Below, piece by piece: positions 54,401-61,129 of a DNA stretch of 64,000 nt (position 1 is the first letter of the stretch; every line of letters begins with the position of its first letter). Source of the DNA: Nitrospirota bacterium (GTDB lineage: Bacteria; Nitrospirota; Thermodesulfovibrionia; Thermodesulfovibrionales; SM23-35); the NCBI GenBank assembly GCA_013388435.1, contig JACAFE010000030.1, positions 65,974 through 129,973 of the forward strand, in the 5' to 3' direction. The position numbers were made by a program, and so were the translations under genes. Under the pieces are notes generated by a model, which did not search any database, was not told the DNA's origin, and worked only from the letters and a program-made list of their open reading frames with translations.

Positions 54401-56037
54401 GACTTTACTTTCAGAATATATTGCCATATTGCTCATTGTATCGTAGAGAAGTATGGGAAGCTGCTGGTGGATATAAAGAAAGAATTATTTTTGGTTATGA
54501 AGACTGGGATTTCTGGATAAGTTGTGCAGAAAAAGGCATATATGGCAAACGCATTCCAGAAAATCTATTGATATATAGAACAAAAGAAACAAGCAGAGAT
54601 ACAGAAGCGATTAAAAGTCACGATAAATTATTTGCCCATATTGTTTTAAACCATCCCTCATTATATAAATCAGATACAATTGCATGGGCAAAAGCCTTAA
54701 CAGGCTTCCCGGAAGATTCAAGCCTATTAAAATATGAAAAAGCTACTTCAACTACTATAGGGGAATATATTAAGCCAATGAATATTCTTCTCTGCGTTCA
54801 TAGTTTTCCTACACAAAGAATGGCTGGCACTGAACTCTACGTTTATCATCTGGCAAGGGAACTGATAAATAAAGGACATAAAATCAAGGTGCTTTATCCT
54901 GTATATGAAAATAATTCAGAATACATAAATATAAAAGAAGATAGTTTTGAAGATATTACTCTTGCGCAGATGTATTTGAAGCCTTGTTCAAATATAATCG
55001 AGCATTTCAAAAATGAAAAGGCAAGTAATGCTTTCAATAATTATATATCTTCAGACCCGCCTGATATAGTTCACTTTCATCATTTTCTGGGAATTTCTGT
55101 TTCCCCGCTTAAAGTATGTTATGAACTAAATATCCCTTCAGTCGTTACTTTGCATGATGAATGGATTTTATGCGAACAGCTTCATTATCTTTTACCTGAT
55201 GGCACTTTCTGTAGCGGTCCGGAAACAATTCAGAAATGTATTGAATGCTTTATTGTCCGTCATCCTGAATTTAGATTAACTGATATTAAAGAAAATATAT
55301 TCGAGGCTTTTGCTTTAAGACGCTTGTATTTTATTGACGCTATGAAATGGATTAATACTTTAATTGTCCCTTCGTTATTCTTGAAAAATGAGTTAATAAA
55401 ACATGAATTCCTGCATCCAAATATATTGCATATGCCTCTGGGACTTCATACTTTTACTCCTGTTACTCATAAGCCATCATCTAATTCCATAAGATTGACT
55501 TATCTCGGAAATATAAATTTTACTAAGGGATTTGATGTTCTGATCAAAGCATTTAATTTAATTAATTCAGATAAAGCTGAATTGAATGTTTATGGGAAGG
55601 TGCAGGATGAAATATTCTTCCATGAGGTAATGTCCTTGAATATGAAACCTTTTCATATAAAGATTTATGGACAATATAATCCTTCTGAATTACCTGAAAT
55701 TCTATCGAAAACAGATTTAGCTGTTATTCCTTCACGTTCCGAAAACTACCCTTTTGTTGTGAGAGAATGCCTCCATGCCGGAGTTCCTGTAATTGCATCA
55801 AATGTAGGTGGTATTCCAGAAATTATTAAAAACGGTGAAAATGGCTTATTATTCGAATCAGGTAATTTTCATGACCTTGCGGCAAAACTTACTCTTGTAA
55901 TCATGAATCCAAAGATGCTGATGAATTTCAGAAAAAATATTAAACCCGTAAAAAGCATTGCAGAAGATGTTATAGAATTGGAAAAATTATATAGAGAAAT
56001 TCTTGAGAATAAAAAATTGAAAAATAAGAAAACTTAA
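48436..56037 (+). CDS. Giant multi-module glycosyltransferase (2,533 aa, about 8 GT-type modules)
   Basis: One uninterrupted frame. Approximate module positions: GT2-like 48480-49250 (FCDGDTY); unknown 49340-50150; GT-A-like 50220-51000; GT9-like 51200-52250 (ILWIRTDAIGDAV); fucosyltransferase-like 52440-53230 (IGIHVRKGDY, FLATD); GT2 53298-53990 (VVTPSYNQ...IIIDGGSTD); GT2 53990-54700 (VVIACYNQ...IVNDGSTDD); GT4/GT-B 54778-56037 (PSRSENYPFVVRECLHAGVPVIASNVGGIPE). Confidence 0.85.
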   Translation: MTYRTNKKIPILQNQIMLSIVLQGRNDDYMGNFVWRLSTNINKQAKDIFSLGYENQAEIILTDWGSKVPLKNVLMLNNEAKSLLRIIEVLPEIANKYNLDSPYSCVHAINTGIRRSLGEYILFCDGDTYIPTDSMEKIFNLLNKGNLNGTPLDKLLLLASRYHIPKTFQQKEPEIEEIDDYIEKNKNILAHDKINLDNFMGTATAYLMSRNLWFECRGFDENLIYWGWFDIDIFYRIITKYPVFDFEDFKIPFFHLEHYSDSKNRSLEKENPRKANPMIYPSSFFSNSEKWGLFSEKLSEAYLFPIIFIHKGDSDYLTYTLRCAKLFNPQAEIILLGDETNEHFKSHGIKHYYYSEYEGEESHLFDSIFKYIAGKDHPGKPWWVHFVFKRWFHIYYFTKKHNISRFWTFDSDTMILTDLSKQAFKFIKFDCTEQCNGSCMNGLIGNSVIVKGYIDQIINLFQDEEFLLKQQKEFEIKTKYAFTEMRAYEIFRQKEGIQTIRLNSIINDETFDDCICQQHEMEIEGGVKKLYFINNGIYLKHIPTQKLIKANSLNMSWVPVSFIKQVYDIVSEKKQIPSQQSSEKIFTQKYNDLPIHFFTIVLNGEPFIRHHIEVFKQLPFKWHWHIIEGVADLKYDTAWSLKYGARITDEIHKNGLSNDGTTEYLDTLIREYSENITIYRKEGGNFWDGKLEMVNAPLKNINEECLLWQIDADELWTVEQICTARTLFINNPEKTAAYYYCHYFVGEKLVIASRNTYGNHTDYEWLRTWRYIPGDCWMAHEPPKLYRKIHNEQWIDIASINIFKHNETEEHGLVFQHYSYAIEEQLFFKERYFGYSGAVNKWKLLQLQTHFPTLLRHFFNWVEDNALVDTVEALNIKPLALKEVDGKWHFRQHELTEQKTASDKTRLQIQKTEKKRFKSGQNILWIRTDAIGDAVLSASMLPFIREKYPEANITVVCQKHLAEIYEPSPFIDRTIVFDKKLLFDDKNYLKAILREIQDINADIAFNSVYSPEPVTDILTIGSVAKEKIGLEGDLSNIPADFREKSIKQYTKLIKSEGIFKNELERHRDFLKGIDINSTDLKPVIWLTEEDEKYADNFFKIRNIVPEKTIILSSCAQFIIKYYQHYGIALSKICKENDFTVVAVGADHERERNQYNLNMIGARTINLCGQTTIGQTAALVKRSRLSVGADSAINHIACAVGTPNVVVLGGGHFGRFFPYSPLTTVICRPMQCYQCNWSCKFPRPYCIQNISSMSLSEAIRETLNGISDRPRIFFETEAIKDIFQGKDYWKWFGEYIKFMSADLIPIEKSSESMEKTTAASGKIETGISSKINENAILNGGFIATTFKAGLCNRIFEWTIMREISEKYCMTILVDWEEVKDGSIILPDTKYFDLSTASSDIANTFIPIRTDLPYINSLDDLKIEKNKNYILVCDWNYKRSLTDEKKRINEIQISKKYSEKINDFLKKYGEQIIIGIHVRKGDYIPSDKFLLSDDGKLYRLPDWWYIHISKQILNQMPDAKFFLATDATEEEKEIFKKNLPIISISADKDTPRLDILELFTLSRLPAIICSISTFSIFARDYGREKVSIWPEKSVQDISNEIEKLKSISPLLPFETSCTISLPRFSVVTPSYNQGQYIEKTILSVLEQEYPDFEHIIIDGGSTDNTLDILKKYPHLKWLSEKDEGQSDALNKGFRMADGDIIAWINSDDWYEPEAFVSVAEWFSKNPDKNIVMGDCNLIDQNGKIFYTAENYERGFEEMSRFWITGSIPTQPAIFFRRKLLDEYGYLDKSLKYAMDYDLWIRFSKNNRFYHIEKIVANYLFHENSKGGIRQDWNKFLPDCKKVFKKHVLSQRPPEVSVVIACYNQAVFLPEAVESVINQIYQDFEIIIVNDGSTDDTQQTAEMLAKKYPDNIIKIINQKNMGVSSARNAGIKASMGKYILPLDADDMLHPDMLLRTTGLLDTHPEIGIAYTDVQKFGKLEEYWQSWDWDLNRLYFQNILPYCSLYRREVWEAAGGYKERIIFGYEDWDFWISCAEKGIYGKRIPENLLIYRTKETSRDTEAIKSHDKLFAHIVLNHPSLYKSDTIAWAKALTGFPEDSSLLKYEKATSTTIGEYIKPMNILLCVHSFPTQRMAGTELYVYHLARELINKGHKIKVLYPVYENNSEYINIKEDSFEDITLAQMYLKPCSNIIEHFKNEKASNAFNNYISSDPPDIVHFHHFLGISVSPLKVCYELNIPSVVTLHDEWILCEQLHYLLPDGTFCSGPETIQKCIECFIVRHPEFRLTDIKENIFEAFALRRLYFIDAMKWINTLIVPSLFLKNELIKHEFLHPNILHMPLGLHTFTPVTHKPSSNSIRLTYLGNINFTKGFDVLIKAFNLINSDKAELNVYGKVQDEIFFHEVMSLNMKPFHIKIYGQYNPSELPEILSKTDLAVIPSRSENYPFVVRECLHAGVPVIASNVGGIPEIIKNGENGLLFESGNFHDLAAKLTLVIMNPKMLMNFRKNIKPVKSIAEDVIELEKLYREILENKKLKNKKT

Positions 56038-56154
56038 AAAAATAGTTCATGGATTGGGATTTGAACTATCTAAGCAAGTCTTTAATATATAACCTACTTA
56101 ACCCAAAAAATGCATTTGAAATAATGCAGATGTTACGAAAAAATTTAATTTTAT

Positions 56155-56366
56155 ACAATCTCCTTAATCCCCCTTTGTCAAGGGGGATTAAGGAGATTGT
56201 TATTTGCCTTTGTTGTTTACGCTTTGCGCCGTTCGGTTTTAATAGAACGCAATAAACGCTACAACGCAATGAACGCAATGAACGCTATAAACGCTATTTG
56301 CCTTCAGCCTGAAGCCTTCAGCCTTTTTTATGAGTTATGAGCAATGTCTGCATTAGTTGGGTTAAT
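56155..56366 (+). repeat. Intergenic repeat element, copy B, with a 20-bp perfect hairpin and a short tandem array
   Basis: 20-bp perfect stem 56155-56174 / 56181-56200 with loop ttgtca. About six 8-9-nt units AACGC[AT]A[TC][AG] at 56247-56298. Palindromic ccttcagcctgaagg-like segment at 56301-56323. The terminal blocks match copy A. Confidence 0.75.
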
Positions 56367-56642
56367 TCATAAATTTAATGCTCATAGTATTTTTTGTCTT
56401 TTTTGGTTGATGCAAGGCATTTGTCTGCTTGCCTTACAAACAATAATCCAAGGTAATTTTCTTTTCCTCAAAATCTATAGTTACTTTCTTTTTCTATATG
56501 AATGAAAAAGTGAGCTGTTTTGTAATACATGCTGACATAAAGCCAACAATCCTTTTTTTTGATATTTTTTTGCGGACTCAATAATACCAAAGTTCTCAGG
56601 ATTGCTGGCAATCTTTTTAGCAAATTTTATGAATTATCAGGG

Positions 56643-57251
56643 TTAGTCAAAAGCCATCTTTGTCTTCCAGACTTTCCAGACATTACCGACAAGATCCGGA
56701 CCAGGCTTTAATGTCATCTTACCAGGCTTCCACCCTGAAGGAGTTGCTTCTGTCCCTTTGCTTTTCCTCACAAGCTGAAATGCCTGTATCTGCCTGAGAG
56801 ATTCACTGACATTTCTTCCAACCGGCGGGGTTAATACCTCAAATCCCTGAATAATTCCATCAGGGTCAATAATAAACCTTCCCCTTGTTTCTACTCCTGA
56901 ATTATCATCATATACGCCATAGACTGTTCCCACCTTTCCGCCAGTATCTGACAGCATAGGGAAAGGCACTCCACCTTTTACCATTTTTGACAGCTCATGG
57001 TCATTCCACATTTTGTGAACGAATACGCTGTCAATGCTCATAGAAAAAATTTCAACGCCGAGTTTCTTGAACTCCGGATACTTTTCAGCAACTGCTGAAA
57101 GCTCAGTGGCTCAGACAAAGGTAAAATCCCCTGGATAGAAACATAAAAGAATCCATTTTCCAAAATATTCTGATAATTGCAGATTAACGAATTTTCCCTG
57201 ATAATATGCCGGTGCTGTAAAATCCGGCGCTTTTCTTCCAATAAGTATCAT
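56643..57251 (-). CDS. Peroxiredoxin (AhpC/Prx1-type) with in-frame TGA at the peroxidatic position; predicted selenocysteine enzyme
   Basis: Tracked ORFs 57111-57365 and 56643-57041 are in the same frame, separated only by TGA (57113-57111). The joined reading is ...LLCFYPGDFTFV-U-ATELSAVAEKYPEFKKLGVEIFSMSIDSVFVHKMW..., and canonical enzymes have FVCPTE here. The likely start is ATG 57251 (MILIGRKAPDF), preceded by AAGGAGG. The product is 202 aa with U at residue 47. Confidence 0.8.
57081..57101 (-). promoter_or_regulatory. Candidate bacterial SECIS hairpin
   Basis: The mRNA reads UGA-GCCACUGAG-CUUUCAGC-AGUU-GCUGAAA(A)G. The stem is 8-9 bp and starts 9 nt after UGA. The 4-nt apical loop has G at its second position. 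Confidence 0.6.
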
Positions 57252-57375
57252 CTTCTTTTCCTCCTTCTTTATAAATTCTTCATCCTGTTTTGCCTTTTCT
57301 TTTCCCTTTTCTTCAACAACTCCTCCGGTCGGCCGTGCACAGCCGGGTTTAAACTCTTTTGGCATACAATACTCC

Positions 57376-57420
57376 TTTCATGTTATTTTTTCGAAGAGTT
57401 ATATTGTTTCATGTTATTTT
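57376..57420. repeat. 14-nt perfect direct repeat TTTCATGTTATTTT x2 between cydB and the peroxiredoxin gene
   Basis: Copies at 57376-57389 and 57407-57420 (31 nt start to start), in the 5' region of the peroxiredoxin gene. Confidence 0.5.
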
Positions 57421-57439
57421 ATCAATCTTCCTGATATGT

Positions 57440-58468
57440 TTAATAGTTTTCCGTATCTTTCACTATATCAGAAGTCGATAATTTATGTCTGAATATTCTA
57501 TATATCCAGATTTGATACGCAATAACTATTGGAACGAAAATCATTGCAACAATAGTCATAATTTTAAGCGTATATGGGCTGGACGATGAATTGAAGATAG
57601 TCAGGCTGTATTGAGCATCAATATTCGAAGGAATAAGATTCGGATATAAACCAACAATGCCTGTGAATGTGACCATAACAATTAAAATACAAGATGAATA
57701 AAACGCGGCGACAAACCATTTTTTACCTGCAAATATCTTTATGCTCAATAGAGATGTAACTGCAAGAATTGGTATTATGAACCATAATGGCATAATGATG
57801 AAATTATTGTAAAGGTCAGTCGCAAAAGATGTATAAATTAGGAAACAAACAGCAACAATTGCAAGAACATACCACATCTTGCCTGCTAACTGTTCGGAAC
57901 GAGTCTTAACATCTCCTTTAGTTTTAATGCTCAGCCATAAAGAACCATGCACAAGAAATAGCAGCACAAAAAAAATGCCGGTCAGCAAGCCGTATGGGTT
58001 GAGTAACGTGAATAAGGTGCCATGATACTCTTGCGCATCCATTGGCAGTCCCTTGAAGATATTCCCAAAAGCAACGCCAAATAGTAAAGAAGGAATAAAA
58101 CTCCCTCCAAATATTGCGAGATCCCATACTTTTTTCCATACGGCAGACTCTCCTTTTCCTCTGAATTCAATGGCAACCCCTCTCAAAATGAGTGCAAACA
58201 GAATAATAAGGAGAGCTGAATATAGATAGCTAAACATTAAAGCATATGTCGTAGGGAAAGCAGCAAAGGTTGCCCCACCAGCAGTAATGAGCCATACCTC
58301 ATTGCCATCCCAGACAGGCCCTATTGTTTTTATAGCTAAGCTTTTTTCTGCTTCATTTTTTCCAATAAAACCATGAAGCATACCAACACCGAAATCAAAA
58401 CCATCAAGCATGAAATAAACAGCCCAAAGAACGCCCCACAATATAAACCAAATTATCTGGAATTCCAT
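57440..58468 (-). CDS. cydB: Cytochrome bd oxidase subunit II
   Basis: N-terminal ...WAVYFMLDGFDFGVG motif and a multi-TM pattern. The likely start is ATG 58468 (MEFQIIW), with AGGAGG 8 nt upstream and 1 nt after the cydA stop. Confidence 0.9.
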   Translation of the reverse strand: MEFQIIWFILWGVLWAVYFMLDGFDFGVGMLHGFIGKNEAEKSLAIKTIGPVWDGNEVWLITAGGATFAAFPTTYALMFSYLYSALLIILFALILRGVAIEFRGKGESAVWKKVWDLAIFGGSFIPSLLFGVAFGNIFKGLPMDAQEYHGTLFTLLNPYGLLTGIFFVLLFLVHGSLWLSIKTKGDVKTRSEQLAGKMWYVLAIVAVCFLIYTSFATDLYNNFIIMPLWFIIPILAVTSLLSIKIFAGKKWFVAAFYSSCILIVMVTFTGIVGLYPNLIPSNIDAQYSLTIFNSSSSPYTLKIMTIVAMIFVPIVIAYQIWIYRIFRHKLSTSDIVKDTENY

Positions 58469-58469
58469 T

Positions 58470-59822
58470 TTATACCTCCTGCGCAACTGAAGATGATTTC
58501 ATCTCAGAAATTATTTCCTCAGGCCCTTTCTTTGCATATTTTGTTAAAAGATAGACATCAATCAATGCAAGAAAACCGTATAAAAGAGTAAATCCCACAA
58601 ATGATATCAGCACCTGTGTTGTATTGATTGATTTTGAAACTGCATCAGCAGTTTTTAGAAGACTATAGACGATCCAGGGTTGTCTTCCGACTTCTGCAAC
58701 TATCCAACCGATCTGGACAGCAATATATGGCAGGATGAGAGAGAATAACATTATATTAAGAAAGAAAGGCTTTGATTCCATGTTTCCCTTTCTCGATAAA
58801 ACAACAGATAGAAATGATAGAAAAATAAAGAGAAAGCCGAGTCCCACCATCAGCCGAAAACTTAAGAAGGTTAGCGTCACAGGCGGTCGATCTTCTTTGG
58901 GATATGCCTTAAGCCCTTTCACTTCAGCATTACTGTCATGGAATGCCAAATAGCTCAGCATTTTTGGCACTTTAAATGCTTCCATAGCATTACGCTCATT
59001 TTCCGGGTCTGGCACAACAATTAATGGATATGAAGCAGCTTGTTATGTCTCCCATACCGATTCCATAGCAGCAAATTTCGTTGGCTGTGCTTTTGCAACC
59101 TCAACCCCGTGAAAATCACCTGTCATCAACACAAATATTGCACTGACAAGAGCAAACCGTGATGCAATTTTAAATGACGTATTAAAAAATTGAAGGTTAT
59201 TCTTCTTGAGGAGATGATATGCTGAAACTCCCATAACAAAAAAGGCTGCAAGGACATAACTGGACACGATCGTATGGAAAAATTTTGTCCATCCATAAGG
59301 GTTAGTCACTAAAGCCATAAAATCAACCATCTCTGCCCTATTGTTCCTCAGTACATAACCAACTGGTTTCTGCATCCAGCCATTTGCAAGCAGTATCCAT
59401 AATGCCGATAGATTTGTTGCAAAAGCTACAATCCAGATCGAAAGCGCATGCAATTTCTTGGAGACTTTATTCCAGCCGAATATCCAGAGACCGATGAAAG
59501 ATGATTCAAGAAAAAATGCAACTGTGGCTTCTATGGCAAGAGGCGCTCCAAATATATCGCCAACATATTTAGAATACTCTGCCCAGTTCATGCCAAACTG
59601 AAATTCCAATGTGATGCCGGTCACGACTCCGAGCGCAAAATTTATAAGGAACAACTTTCCCCAGAACTTTGTCATCTTCAGGTACATTTCATTATCAGTA
59701 AGAACATACCGTGTTTCCATATAAGCCACAAGAAGTGAAAGGCCGAGTGTGAGCGGAACAAAAATAAAATGAAAGGCAGCTGTTGAAGCGAACTGCAATC
59801 TGCTTAATGTCAAAACATCCAT
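58470..59822 (-). pseudogene. cydA: Cytochrome bd oxidase subunit I, interrupted by a single in-frame TAA in the Q-loop region
   Basis: Tracked ORFs 59043-59822 and 58470-59015 are in the same frame. The continuous reading is ...KFAAMESVWET-TAA(59045-59043)-QAASYPLIVVPDPENERNAMEAFKVPKMLSYL.... The total of 449 sense codons is a normal CydA length. CydA motifs are present on both sides (FHFIFVPLTLG; GWIVAEVGRQPW). Confidence 0.85.
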
Positions 59823-59893
59823 GTTAACCTCCTCTTATAGCAAATCTGAAAATACTTCATGGATTAAACATACAACCATTAAATCGTTTCCTT

Positions 59894-60295
59894 TTATTTC
59901 AATTTTATAAGCTTCTGAAAAGTCACTTTTTTGAGATGCTGCTCAACCTTTTGTCTCAATTCTACCCATACGGGATGAACCGTACAGGTCTTGCTAAATC
60001 TACAAATGTCTTTGTTTATTGCACATCTGTTCATACCTGCAGGCCCCTGTATAGCCTCAATAATGTCAAGAAGACTTATCTGTCTCGGATTTTTTGCAAG
60101 CTGAAAACCTCCCTTAATCCCTCTGGAAGATTTCACGATACCTGCTTTTGTAAGACGCTGAAGGATTTTGGCAAGAAAACTCTTTGGTATGTCCATTATA
60201 ACTGCAATATCATCGACCACGACAACACGCTCCCTCATTCTTGATAGGTATAGAACACATCTTATTGCGTAATCTGTCTGTCTTGTAATCTGCAT
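59894..60295 (-). CDS. Rrf2 family transcriptional regulator (Fe-S cluster type)
   Basis: 133 aa. N-terminal wHTH (TDYAIRCVLYL...) and three clustered Cys (C-x6-C-x5-C: CAINKDICRFSKTC). It lies directly upstream of cydA on the same strand. Confidence 0.85.
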   Translation of the reverse strand: MQITRQTDYAIRCVLYLSRMRERVVVVDDIAVIMDIPKSFLAKILQRLTKAGIVKSSRGIKGGFQLAKNPRQISLLDIIEAIQGPAGMNRCAINKDICRFSKTCTVHPVWVELRQKVEQHLKKVTFQKLIKLK

Positions 60296-60824
60296 AAACA
60301 GGACTTAATTTGTCTTTATTTAATTAAGACAATTATTATCCTATTTTATATCTTTTGTCAAGTGGTTTTTGTAGTCAGGGGTCACACTTTGATAAAAACA
60401 AAGTGGGCTTGTATAATCTCTTTCACCCAAAGACACAAAAATGAAGATATAGCAAGGTGTTTGCGAATAGAATATAAAGGTGATTTTTATCATATAACAG
60501 CATAAGGTAATAATCGAAAAGCTATATTTTCAACCTATTCGTTTCTCGGACTTATGTGGATGATATGATGGCTCCGCTATCAGAAACACTGCGAACCATC
60601 CCTATAATTTTACCAAATTTCATTCATCAGTCAAAACAAAGAAACTTAAAGAAATAACAGCATACTTGCAGGCTCGGACAATTTCATCGTCCTCGCACTG
60701 CTCCCTTTACTTCCTGCCACACTTTCAGCGTGGCAGTTTCCCTCTGCCAATTTCATCGCCAGAGTTTATTTTATTTACTCCCACCCACCACCCTATAAGG
60801 ATTTTATTTTTATAAAAATTCCTC

Positions 60825-60853
60825 TTGACAATCATTGTATTTTTTTGTATATT
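60825..60853 (+). promoter_or_regulatory. Sigma70-type promoter candidate for the HTH / R-M operon
   Basis: TTGACA (60825-60830), 17-nt spacer, TATATT (60848-60853). Confidence 0.5.
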
Positions 60854-60862
60854 ATAGTCAAA

Positions 60863-61020
60863 TTTTATGAAAGATTATGTTTTAATAAAAGGATTGCCTT
60901 TATGGAAGAAAAAGAAATAATGACTGTTAAGCAAGTTGCAGAATATTTACAGATGGATGAACACACCATCTATAAACTTGCTCGTTCAGGACTTATCCCT
61001 TCCCTAAAAATCGCTGGTCA
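60863..61020 (+). repeat. Left arm of the inverted repeat bracketing the R-M block
   Basis: 158 nt aligned by hand to the reverse complement of 63843-64000 with 9 mismatches. It covers the 5' UTR and codons 1-40 of the HTH gene. Confidence 0.9.
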
Positions 61021-61129
61021 GTGGCGGTTTAAAAAAGATGTGATTGATAAATGGATAAGTGAGGAATCGTTAGAAAGGAGCGCAAAATTCTTTTCAATAC
61101 AACAGAAAGGAAAGAAAAAAATAAGATGA
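60902..61129 (+). CDS. Excisionase-family (MerR-like) helix-turn-helix DNA-binding protein
   Basis: MTVKQVAEYLQMDEHTIYKLARSGLIPSLKIAGQWRFKKDVIDKWI is the classic excisionase-type HTH. I prefer ATG 60902 because the tracked start 60845 lies inside the promoter. The stop overlaps the next start (ATGA). Confidence 0.8.
   Translation: MEEKEIMTVKQVAEYLQMDEHTIYKLARSGLIPSLKIAGQWRFKKDVIDKWISEESLERSAKFFSIQQKGKKKIR

Noticed and set aside
56247-56298. Short tandem AACGCAAT-type units considered as a CRISPR-like or mini-satellite array
   Set aside because: The units are only 8-9 nt with no spacers, they lie inside a repeat element, and no cas genes are nearby. This is not a CRISPR array.
57038-57365. 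67-aa ORF (57038-57241) and the 38-codon N-terminal extension MPKEFKPGCARPTGG... of the peroxiredoxin ORF
   Set aside because: The 67-aa ORF is an out-of-frame overlap of the peroxiredoxin gene. The extension is a charged low-complexity tract. A strong AAGGAGG precedes the internal ATG at 57251, which gives a canonical peroxiredoxin N-terminus.
59043-59045. TAA reassignment as an explanation for the in-frame TAA codons in cydA and the antitoxin gene
   Set aside because: TAA terminates many clearly complete genes in this window (groES, groEL, the giant GT, the TrmB-family gene), so a genome-wide reassignment is not tenable.
60296-60824. About 530 bp of gene-free DNA between the Rrf2 gene and the HTH promoter, checked for tRNA/ncRNA or att sites
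   Set aside because: I could fold no tRNA-like cloverleaf by eye. The only features are a 7-bp hairpin (60714-60736) and an 11-nt direct repeat CAATTTCATCG (60679, 60748), which is too weak to call anything.
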